From Deferribacterales bacterium (lineage in GTDB: Bacteria; Chrysiogenota; Deferribacteres; Deferribacterales; Geovibrionaceae): 37,929 nt of DNA. Every line of letters begins with the position of its first letter. Within the stretch, counting starts at the first letter, position 1. A model generated the notes under the pieces. The model searched no databases. It was not told the origin of the DNA and was given only the letters and a program-made list of their open reading frames with translations. The translations under genes were made by a program, and so were the position numbers. This document shows positions 1 to 7,459 of this stretch, one piece after another. The stretch spans positions 1-37,929 of the forward strand of contig JBFWJG010000020.1 of NCBI GenBank assembly GCA_050253335.1, read 5' to 3'.

Positions 1-264
1 CGGAAGGCGCGTCCTGCGCCGTTCGTTTACACTTCTTCCTTGTTGCCGTGTTTGAAAATCTGACGCTCAAGGAGCCTGTCGTAACCGCTCTGACATACCA
101 GTAAAAATCCGTACATCATGTCGGATTTTTACACACGCTCGCGCCGCTTAAAAAGCGGCTTCGCTGCGCACGGCGGAAGGCGCTTCCTGCGCCTTTTCGT
201 TTACACTTCTTCCTTGTAGCCGTGTTTGAAAATCTGACGCTCAAGGAGCCTGTCGTAACCGCTC
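1..264. repeat. Imperfect tandem repeat (period ~174 bp) made of the last 64 bp of the yhaM-like gene plus a downstream palindromic element; truncated by the window start
   Basis: 27-90 matches 201-264 with one substitution (44 T vs 218 A). 1-26 matches 174-200 with one substitution plus one substitution/indel. Confidence 0.95.
91..200 (-). repeat. Three-hairpin extragenic element, yhaM-locus copy
   Basis: Hairpins at 101-132 (GTAAAAATCCG/CGGATTTTTAC), 143-159 (GCCGCTT-AAA-AAGCGGC) and 177-195 (AAGGCGC-TTCCT-GCGCCTT). Core 132-177 is shared with 5468-5513 and 5618-5663. Confidence 0.9.
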
Positions 265-1133
265 CAGCCTGCGTCCTGAACCTCGTCCTTAACGAAGATA
301 GATGAAAATGTGTTTATCTTGGCATCCATATCATCAATGTGGTGAAGGATAAGTGCTTCTATTGTCTTAGGTTTTTTAGGTGAGCCGAACTCAAGAAAGC
401 CGTGGTGGCTCGCTATCATATGGCAGATCAGATCCTTAACCTCTTCGGGAAAGCCCTCGACCTTATCCGCCATGTTCCTGAAAAGCATGATTCCCTGAAT
501 AAGGTGACCGAGAAGTTTGCCGCTGTTGGTGTAGTCAAACCCGAGCTTTGAATCAAGCTCGACAATCTTGCCCATATCATGGAAAAGCGCGCCGAAAAGC
601 AGATGCTCAGTATTCGCCTTTTCCCCGTAGTAATCACCGATAAGCACCGCAAGCTTGGCAATGCTCAGCGTGTGCTCAAGCAGTCCGTTGACATAGGCAT
701 GGTGCACTGCTTTTGCGGCCGGACTCTTTTTAAATTTATCAATAACTTTTTCATCGGCAAAAAACATGCTGATGAAAGATTTCAGGTAATCCGTTTTAAT
801 TCTCTCATCAAGCAGATCCTTCAGCTCCTTCATGAGCTTATCGGCATCAAGACCGCTGGTCGGGAGAAACAGTGAAGGATCCGCGTCCTCCTTTTTCTCC
901 ATCATGGTTATTTTGAGCTGAGTCTGCCCCGCATACTGCTGAAGAACACCCTCAAGGGTTACAACATCCCCGCCTGCGGGCTCAAAAGCCAGCCTGTTGC
1001 TGTCAAACATGATGCCGTTGTGCCTTGTGCCTTCGCTGTCGTTCAGCACGAGACGCAGAAAGGGTTTGCCGTCCCTTGTGACGTTCTTGTTTATGTCTGT
1101 GATCATAAAGTCTTTCTTAATAGTAAGTTCCAT
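201..1133 (-). CDS. YhaM/Cbf1-like 3'-5' exonuclease (OB-fold + HD domain)
   Basis: N-terminal OB-like region (GKPFLRLVLNDSEG), SPAAKAVHHAYVNGLLEHTL, FHDMGK, SHHG and HHIDDMDAK HD-family motifs. Confidence 0.85.
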   Translation of the reverse strand: MELTIKKDFMITDINKNVTRDGKPFLRLVLNDSEGTRHNGIMFDSNRLAFEPAGGDVVTLEGVLQQYAGQTQLKITMMEKKEDADPSLFLPTSGLDADKLMKELKDLLDERIKTDYLKSFISMFFADEKVIDKFKKSPAAKAVHHAYVNGLLEHTLSIAKLAVLIGDYYGEKANTEHLLFGALFHDMGKIVELDSKLGFDYTNSGKLLGHLIQGIMLFRNMADKVEGFPEEVKDLICHMIASHHGFLEFGSPKKPKTIEALILHHIDDMDAKINTFSSIFVKDEVQDAGWSGYDRLLERQIFKHGYKEEV

Positions 1134-2497
1134 TATCTACCGCCTACAGTTATCAAAGGAATACGCAGAGTCGGCTGTGCATCGGAAACAGGAACACCCT
1201 GCCCGCCTTTGCCGCAGGTTCCGATTCCGAAGCCGAGATCGGTTCCCGCCATATCAATGCTCTGCATCACTTCAGGTCCGTTGCCCATGAGTGTGGCATT
1301 CTTCACCGGCCTGTCTATCTGTCCGTTTTTTATTAAATAGCCTTCGGTTACTTCAAAAACAAAGTCGCCGTTGACCGTGTTTACCTGTCCGCCGCCCATA
1401 TCAGCCACATAAATTCCGTTATCAACGGATTTTATTATGTCTTCCGGTCTGTCATTTCCGGGGGCTATGAATGTATTCGTCATGCGCACTATGGGCTTGT
1501 GCCTGTAGCTTTCCCTCCGGCCGTTGCCTGTGGGGGCTCCGCCGTTTTTGAGCGCGTACAGCCTGTCACGCATATAGCCTTTAAGAATTCCATTTTCTAT
1601 CAGAACATTGCGCGCCGCGTCCGTTCCTTCGTCATCAAAGGGGATGTAGCCCCTCTTCTGTTTAAGTGTTCCGTCATCTATCACGCTGATAATCCGGTTC
1701 GCTACCTGAGTCCCGATTTTATCTTCGTAAACACTCATCCCCTCTTCCGCCAGATCAGCCTCAAGCCCGTGCCCCACAGCCTCGTGCACCATTGTTCCGC
1801 CGGCCTTTGAGGCAAGCACAACGGGCATTCTCCCTGCGGGAGCGTAATCTGCGGCAAGATTGTTAAGCGCCTTTCTCAGCGATTCCCTGCCTATTTTTTC
1901 AGGCTCAAAGCCGTCCAGCCCTTCCGCGCCGAAAACTCCGCCGAAGGATTCATAACCGGTTTGCAGGTCATCGCCCTCTCTGGCGACCGTATTTGCGTAT
2001 ACCGTTATGTAGGACAGCTTCTTGGTTTTATCATCTCCGAGGGAGTTGATAATCCGCACATCACGGAAAACATCGCCGTAGAAAGCGCGCACCTGAACGG
2101 TTCTTTTGTCGCCGTAGGCAGAGCGGCTAACGGTTTCGGCAAGCTTTATCTTATCCTGCAGAGGGATTTGCTCGCAAGGCCTCTCGAATGTGTAAACCGG
2201 AGCTGATTTTGTGAAGTCGAGTACTTTCTCGGCGCCCTTTTCACCAAGGGCAGTAAGCCCGCAGGCTATTTCATTGAGCACATCGGGATCTGATGAGTTG
2301 GTATATCCGTAGAAAGTTCTGCCGTTTCTGATGAGCCTGAGCCCTATCCCTGCGTCATCCTCGCTGGAAAGCGTGTCTATTTTGCCGTCCTCGAAAACAA
2401 TAATGCGCCGGAAAGAGCTCTCTATGAAAATATCCGCATAGTCCCCGCAGGAAGCGAGTTTTTTAAGAATGCGGGCGTAATCAGGTGTTTTTACCAA
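1133..2497 (-). CDS. tldD: TldD/PmbA family metalloprotease (TldD-type)
   Basis: HEAVGHGLEAD zinc motif, FDDEG, TGNGRRESY, RMTNT, GTCGKGGQGVPV; TTG start. Confidence 0.92.
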   Translation of the reverse strand: MVKTPDYARILKKLASCGDYADIFIESSFRRIIVFEDGKIDTLSSEDDAGIGLRLIRNGRTFYGYTNSSDPDVLNEIACGLTALGEKGAEKVLDFTKSAPVYTFERPCEQIPLQDKIKLAETVSRSAYGDKRTVQVRAFYGDVFRDVRIINSLGDDKTKKLSYITVYANTVAREGDDLQTGYESFGGVFGAEGLDGFEPEKIGRESLRKALNNLAADYAPAGRMPVVLASKAGGTMVHEAVGHGLEADLAEEGMSVYEDKIGTQVANRIISVIDDGTLKQKRGYIPFDDEGTDAARNVLIENGILKGYMRDRLYALKNGGAPTGNGRRESYRHKPIVRMTNTFIAPGNDRPEDIIKSVDNGIYVADMGGGQVNTVNGDFVFEVTEGYLIKNGQIDRPVKNATLMGNGPEVMQSIDMAGTDLGFGIGTCGKGGQGVPVSDAQPTLRIPLITVGGR

Positions 2498-2739
2498 TTA
2501 TCAACTTCCTCACTGAATTCCGTTCTGATTTCCGTAACGCCGATGCCGATTTTATTCAGCTCTTCCAAAACTTTGAGAAGCTGTTTATACACGGTGTCCG
2601 TGGAGTAGATAACCACATTCCCCTTGGCGCTGTCCAGTGTGCGGACTATGCCGAGCCCTTCGTATGAGTCAACGAGGCTGTTGACAAGAAGGATGTTGCG
2701 CTTGTCCACATGGCACTTAACTTTTACGGTACGGGTCAT
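2491..2739 (-). CDS. Small conserved protein, DUF4911-like
   Basis: 82 aa with DSYEGLGIVRTLD motif; overlaps both neighbours in the operon. Confidence 0.65.
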   Translation of the reverse strand: MTRTVKVKCHVDKRNILLVNSLVDSYEGLGIVRTLDSAKGNVVIYSTDTVYKQLLKVLEELNKIGIGVTEIRTEFSEEVDNW

Positions 2740-3130
2740 CTGCGAATTCCATCAGCACTATTTCAATACCCTTGAGCTCGTCCTGAAGCTCTTTCACATC
2801 AAAGTTAAGGGCATTTTCCAGATATATCTTCTTAAAGCCCGCGTCCTTCACCTTTTCAGCGAATTTTGCGGGAGCAATCGAGTTAAAGTCGGTAACGAAG
2901 AAACCTTCCTCCTCAAAGAAGCCTGTGCTCCTGAGAAAAAGCCATTCCTCCTGTATAAACCTTCTCTCCTCCGCGCTGAGGCCGGAAAGAACTCTGTTCA
3001 GACCGCCGTAGTAAAAGAGATCAAGCTTTGCGGACATTCCCCTGCATTTGAGCTCGGCCACGTTGTAGTCGAGAAATGCTGGAAACAGCCCTTTGTTGTG
3101 TAGACCGACCTTAGCCTTGTTCATTTTCAC
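2717..3130 (-). CDS. Hypothetical protein
   Basis: 137-aa ORF filling the gap between nusB and the DUF4911-like gene with short overlaps; no family recognised; start may be ATG at 3124. Confidence 0.7.
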   Translation of the reverse strand: MKMNKAKVGLHNKGLFPAFLDYNVAELKCRGMSAKLDLFYYGGLNRVLSGLSAEERRFIQEEWLFLRSTGFFEEEGFFVTDFNSIAPAKFAEKVKDAGFKKIYLENALNFDVKELQDELKGIEIVLMEFADDPYRKS

Positions 3131-3554
3131 CCGCCGAAAGGCTGTAGGTTTTTCTTACATTGTCCAGAATTCCGTTAACAAGCCCCGCCGCGGCTTCGTC
3201 GCCAAATTTTTTGGTGAGCGTCACGAAGTCGTCAAGTACGGCAAAATAAGGGGATTTGCCGTCCAGAAGCTCATACAGGGCAACACGCATAATGTTTTTC
3301 TCTATCTCGCCCATTCGCTCAAAAGTCCAGCCGTTTTTAAGAAATTTTTCTATCACAGCGTCGCTGTCGGCGGCTTTTGCGGCGGCTCCGCGGAAAAGGC
3401 TCTCCGCGAAGTCCTTAACCTCCGGCTCCACTACGCCGAGCGGCTGCCAGAAAGTAAGGGGGATCTGCGTCGGCGTTTCCCCTGTCATACCGTAACGGTA
3501 CATCATCTGAAACGCGTATTCGCGCGCCTTCGTGCGTTTTGATTTATCAGCCAA
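3111..3554 (-). CDS. nusB: Transcription antitermination factor NusB
   Basis: [29 protein letters not shown]; follows ribH as is usual. Confidence 0.92.
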   Translation of the reverse strand: MADKSKRTKAREYAFQMMYRYGMTGETPTQIPLTFWQPLGVVEPEVKDFAESLFRGAAAKAADSDAVIEKFLKNGWTFERMGEIEKNIMRVALYELLDGKSPYFAVLDDFVTLTKKFGDEAAAGLVNGILDNVRKTYSLSAGENEQG

Positions 3555-4020
3555 GTTTATTGTCCTTAATGAGATTTACAAGCTCAAGCGCTCCCATTGC
3601 GCAGTCGGCGCCTTTGTTTCCGCTTTTTGTTCCCGCTCTTTCCACTGCCTGCTCGATTGTGTCTGTGGTGAGAACGCCGAAGATAACAGGCACGCCCGTA
3701 TCAAGGGAAACCTTGGCAACGCCCTTTGAAACCTCAGCGGCCACAAAGTCGAAGTGAGGCGTTGCGCCCCTGATGACAGCGCCGAGGGTGATGACAGCGT
3801 CATATTTCTTGGTAAGAGCAAGCTTCTGAGCCACAAGGGGAATCTCAAAAGCGCCGGGGACCTTGAACACATCGATGTCCTTCTCTGCCGTGTTGTGTCT
3901 CACAAGCGCGTCAACAGCACCGCCGATAAGCGCCTGTGTGATGAAATCATTGAAACGGGAAGCCACTATGGCAAACTTAAACCCTTTCCCGTCATATTTT
4001 CCTTCTATAGCCTTGATCAT
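3547..4020 (-). CDS. ribH: 6,7-dimethyl-8-ribityllumazine synthase
   Basis: [48 protein letters not shown]. Confidence 0.97.
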   Translation of the reverse strand: MIKAIEGKYDGKGFKFAIVASRFNDFITQALIGGAVDALVRHNTAEKDIDVFKVPGAFEIPLVAQKLALTKKYDAVITLGAVIRGATPHFDFVAAEVSKGVAKVSLDTGVPVIFGVLTTDTIEQAVERAGTKSGNKGADCAMGALELVNLIKDNKLG

Positions 4021-4077
4021 TAGGAACTCCTTAGATGTTTAATTATATTTTATTCTGAATGTACACATTTCAAAGTT

Positions 4078-4145
4078 GAGAATCTTCGCATCCGCTCAGA
4101 GTGACGCGGTAATGCGTCATTCTGAGGCTTCTGCCGAAGAATCTC
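4078..4145. repeat. REP-like imperfect inverted repeat in the ribBA-ribH intergenic region
   Basis: GAGAATCTTCG..CTCAGAGTGACGC (4078-4107), 6-nt loop, then GCGTCATTCTGAG..CGAAGAATCTC (4114-4145). Confidence 0.85.
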
Positions 4146-4166
4146 TCATTCTGTAACATCAAACCC

Positions 4167-4193
4167 CACGGCGCTGTTCCATCCATGGAACAG
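4167..4193 (-). repeat. Truncated copy of the post-stop-codon element (CACGGCG + CAT-CC-ATG hairpin)
   Basis: CACGGCG at 4167-4173, then perfect inverted repeat CTGTTCCAT-CC-ATGGAACAG, 4 nt from the ribBA stop; same layout as 5655-5681 and 169-200. Confidence 0.75.
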
Positions 4194-4197
4194 AAGA

Positions 4198-5412
4198 TTA
4201 TAAATCCAGTTTATGCCCCATTTTGTCCTTTTTAGTAAACAGATATTTTTCATTTTCGGGGTTGAGGTCGCTCAATGTGCCCACACGCTCCACAACCTCA
4301 AGCCCGTAGCCGGAGAGGCAGCGCATTTTCTTGGGGTTGTTGGTAATCAGGCGGATCTGTTTTATCCCCAGATGCCTGATGATCTGCGCTCCGAAGCCGT
4401 AGTCACGCAGGTCTTCGTTAAAGCCCAGATGAATGTTCGCCTCTATGGTATCAAGCCCTTCGTCCTGAAGGTGGTAAGCGTTGATTTTATTGAGGATGCC
4501 TATTCCGCGCCCCTCCTGAAACAGATAGAGCACAACGCCTCTTCCTTCCTTCTCCACACGGTCCATCGCTTCATGAAGCTGAGAGGCGCAGTCGCACCTT
4601 CTGGAACCGAATACGTCCCCTGTGAGGCATTGGGAATGAACACGCACAAGGACGGGTTCATCTGTGGTGACATCCCCTTTCATGAGAACAACCGCCTCCT
4701 GACCGTCCGCAACGCTTCTGAATCCGAGGATGTTAAACTCGCCCGCATGGGTGGGGAGCCTTGCCACGTTTGTTTCTTCTATGAGCTTTTCATGATCCAT
4801 CCTGTAGGAGATGAGATCCGCTATTGTAACTATTTTAAGCCCGTGCACCCCTGCGAATTCATCAAGCTGGGGCATTCTGGCCATTGTGCCGTCATCGTTC
4901 ATAATCTCGCAGATCACTCCTGCGGGTTTGAGTCCTGCGGCCTTCATGAGGTCAACGGAGCCTTCGGTCTGCCCCGCGCGGACAAGCACTCCCCCCTGCC
5001 TTGCCCTGAGCGGGAAGACATGGCCGGGTCTGGCGAGATCCTTTGAGGTGGACTTGTCGTCAATGGCGACTCTGATAGTGTGCGCCCTGTCAAACGCCGA
5101 GATTCCCGTGGTAACCCCTTCTTTTGCCTCGATGGAGACAGTGAAGGCAGTGCCGAAGCGCGCGGTGTTTCCGTCTCCGCCCACCATGAGGTTGAGCCCC
5201 AGCCTGTCGCAGCGGTCTTCCGTCATGGCAAGGCAGATAAGCCCGCGCCCGAATTTCGCCATGAAGTTTATGGACTCCGGCGTCACGTGCTCAGCCGCAA
5301 GAACAAGGTCGCCCTCGTTCTCCCTGTCTTCATCATCCACAAGGATGATCATCCTGCCCTGTTTAAGGTCTGCTATGGCTTCATCTATTGTTGCCAGATT
5401 TTTATATTTCAT
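4198..5412 (-). CDS. ribBA: Bifunctional DHBP synthase / GTP cyclohydrolase II
   Basis: DDEDRENEGDL, RPGHVFPL, RVHSQCLTGDVFGSRRCDC, QEGRGIG, TNNPKK. Confidence 0.97.
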   Translation of the reverse strand: MKYKNLATIDEAIADLKQGRMIILVDDEDRENEGDLVLAAEHVTPESINFMAKFGRGLICLAMTEDRCDRLGLNLMVGGDGNTARFGTAFTVSIEAKEGVTTGISAFDRAHTIRVAIDDKSTSKDLARPGHVFPLRARQGGVLVRAGQTEGSVDLMKAAGLKPAGVICEIMNDDGTMARMPQLDEFAGVHGLKIVTIADLISYRMDHEKLIEETNVARLPTHAGEFNILGFRSVADGQEAVVLMKGDVTTDEPVLVRVHSQCLTGDVFGSRRCDCASQLHEAMDRVEKEGRGVVLYLFQEGRGIGILNKINAYHLQDEGLDTIEANIHLGFNEDLRDYGFGAQIIRHLGIKQIRLITNNPKKMRCLSGYGLEVVERVGTLSDLNPENEKYLFTKKDKMGHKLDL

Positions 5413-5427
5413 ACAAAAACACCTTTA

Positions 5428-5727
5428 TACTTTACTGCTCGTGTTTGCCTTCCATGGAAACACTCGCCACACGCTCGCGCCTTGTGGAACAAGGCTTCGC
5501 TCCGCACGGCGGATTTCCATCCATGCAAATCTTACAGCATATCAAGAAGTGAAGTTATGTTCTTCCCTTCCTTTTTCTACTTTACTGCTCGTGTTTGCCT
5601 TCCATGGAAACACTCGCCACACGCTCGCGCCTTGTGGAACAAGGCTTCGCTCCGCACGGCGGATTTCCATCCATGCAAATCTTACAGCATATCAAGAAGT
5701 GAAGTTATGTTCTTCCCTTCCTTTTTC
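5428..5727. repeat. Perfect 2 x 150 bp tandem repeat: 104-bp three-hairpin element plus the last 46 bp of ribE
   Basis: 5428-5577 is identical to 5578-5727; 5532-5577 duplicates the ribE 3' end including TAA (5682-5727). Confidence 0.97.
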
Positions 5728-6305
5728 ATTAGCTTTTCAAGATAGCGCGCTATCACGTCCGCTTCAAGGTTAACTTTGTCCCCTCTCCGCTTATCCGAGA
5801 GGACAGTCTCCTTAAAAGTGTGCGGAATAACAGCAACATCAAACGTAAGTCCGTTAACCCATGCCACAGTGAGGCTTATGCCGTCCACGGCAACGGAGCC
5901 CTTCTCGGCAATATATTTGTCCATCTCCTCAGGGAACCTTATCCGCAGTACATAGGAATCACCTTTGGGAGTTATTGAATCCACTGTTCCGAGCCCGTCC
6001 ACATGGCCGCTGACAATATGTCCGCCGAGGCGGGTGGTAAGCGTCAGCGCCCGCTCAAGATTCACGCGGGTTCCGGCGGCGGCTCCCGAGAGGGATGTGC
6101 GTTTCAGCGTTTCGTATGATATATCCGCGCTGAAACTGCCGTCCGTTATCTCCGTTGCGGTGAGGCATACACCGTTTACCGCTATAGAATCGCCGATTTT
6201 TGAATCCTCAAGCACCTTGGAGCACCTGATTCTGATTACGGCGGAATTTCCTTTTATATTCAGGGAATCTATCTTCCCTGTTTCCTCTACAATCCCCGTG
6301 AACAT
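5682..6305 (-). CDS. ribE: Riboflavin synthase (alpha chain)
   Basis: N-terminal MFTGIVE, GDSIAVNGVCLT, VNLERAL, GGHIVSGHVDG, KGSVAVDGISLTV. Confidence 0.97.
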   Translation of the reverse strand: MFTGIVEETGKIDSLNIKGNSAVIRIRCSKVLEDSKIGDSIAVNGVCLTATEITDGSFSADISYETLKRTSLSGAAAGTRVNLERALTLTTRLGGHIVSGHVDGLGTVDSITPKGDSYVLRIRFPEEMDKYIAEKGSVAVDGISLTVAWVNGLTFDVAVIPHTFKETVLSDKRRGDKVNLEADVIARYLEKLMKKEGKNITSLLDML

Positions 6306-7459
6306 CTGTTCCTCAGTTTTTCGGTCAGGTCAAGCACATGGGTTCGGTAGTCGGTAAAGCGTCCGCTGATCAGTATGTCATTTTCGAAATGCCTTATGTC
6401 AGTTTCCAGCATTTCTTTTGCGTCAGCAACAAGTTCCACACCGGCGCCCGTCACAGTCATTACGGCGTCACGCCCTCCGATAACTTTCGGGGCGATAACA
6501 AAATAACCCTTATCAACCAAATCCGCGTCAAAAAAGGCTCCGGCGGTTTCGCCGCCCCCTTCTATGAGAATATTCATTATCTTCATTCCGAGAAGCTTGC
6601 CGGAAAGCTCACGCAGGTCAAGTCCGCCGTTTATGCAGGAAACCTCAAGCACATGAGCGCCCTTTTCCCGCAGACGCGCCGCAGAGGCAGTTTGAGCCCC
6701 TTTTTCCGTGACATAAACCAGTTTATCAGGATTTTCCTCGAGCTTCCTGCCTTCGGGCATCCTGCCGTGAGGATCGAGAACAATTTTATAAGGATCATTT
6801 TCGGAATAAACATCCCTGACAGTGAGCTGCGGGTCATCGGCTATGACAGTATTCACGCCGACCATAACAGCATCTGAGACACTGCGGAGGTAATGAGCAT
6901 AGACCCTTGCGGAAGGGGATGAAATCCACTTGGAATCCTTGGTTCTGGTGGCGAGCTTGCCGTCTATGGATGTTGCGGTTTTCAGCGAGTAATAGGGCAG
7001 TCCGGTAAGGATTCGTTTGGTAAAGTCCTCAATAAGCGCGGCGCAGAGCTCCTCACGATAGCCGAGGAAAACTTCAATGCCATGTTCCATGAGAATATTG
7101 AGTCCGTTTCCTGCGTTCACCGGATTGGGATCAACGACACCGACAAACACACGCTTTATTCCTGTTTCTATGATTTTATTGACACAAGGGGGCGTTTTCC
7201 CGTGATGGCTGCAAGGCTCAAGGGTCACATACAGATCAGCGCCCCGAACATCTCCGGCATCGGCTATTGCCATTACCTCAGCGTGAGCCTTGCCGTATTC
7301 TGAGTGCCAGCCGCGGCCGATGATTTTTCCGTCCTTCACCACAACAGCGCCAACTATGGGGTTGGTTTTTGTAAACCCCTTTCCCGCCAGAGCGAGAGAG
7401 GCGCATTCATCCATTATATCAAGAGGATTTACGGTTGAACTCAACTTTGGTTTCCTCAC
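6287..7459 (-). CDS. ribD: Bifunctional pyrimidine deaminase/reductase RibD (true start may be slightly downstream)
   Basis: NPIVGAVVV, HAE, TLEPCSHHGKTPPC, SIDGK, DDPQLT, EGGG. Confidence 0.95.
   Translation of the reverse strand: MRKPKLSSTVNPLDIMDECASLALAGKGFTKTNPIVGAVVVKDGKIIGRGWHSEYGKAHAEVMAIADAGDVRGADLYVTLEPCSHHGKTPPCVNKIIETGIKRVFVGVVDPNPVNAGNGLNILMEHGIEVFLGYREELCAALIEDFTKRILTGLPYYSLKTATSIDGKLATRTKDSKWISSPSARVYAHYLRSVSDAVMVGVNTVIADDPQLTVRDVYSENDPYKIVLDPHGRMPEGRKLEENPDKLVYVTEKGAQTASAARLREKGAHVLEVSCINGGLDLRELSGKLLGMKIMNILIEGGGETAGAFFDADLVDKGYFVIAPKVIGGRDAVMTVTGAGVELVADAKEMLETDIRHFENDILISGRFTDYRTHVLDLTEKLRNRCSRGL

Noticed and set aside
27..264. DGR template/variable repeat pair (gene 3' end plus downstream hairpin; the one mismatch is AAC in the copy vs TAC in the gene)
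   Set aside because: There is only one substitution, the ribE pair has none, no RT or Avd gene is in the window, and the hosts are housekeeping enzymes. It is not fully excluded without the left flank.
4042..4073. Internal promoter for ribH (TTGAAA ... TAAAAT/TATAAT)
   Set aside because: Spacing is 15 or 20 nt rather than ~17, so it is plausible but not supportable.
5413..5681. FMN riboswitch in the rib operon
   Set aside because: The conserved RFN blocks (AGGGCGGGGTGAAATTCCCGACCGGCGG-like) are absent, and the same element also occurs at a non-flavin gene.
5532..5681. Stop-codon readthrough into in-frame tail copies (both periods, 150 and 174, are multiples of 3)
   Set aside because: In-frame stops occur before the tail copy at both loci (TAG at the ribE junction, TAA at 129-131), so the phase is probably chance.
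5428..5727. CRISPR array
   Set aside because: The repeat is ~104 bp, there are only two units, the spacer is the adjacent gene's own tail, and no cas genes are present.
4811..5773. Plus-strand ORFs of 320 aa and 221 aa with a 50-aa repeat
   Set aside because: They are antisense shadows of ribBA/ribE, and the peptide repeat simply reflects the DNA duplication.
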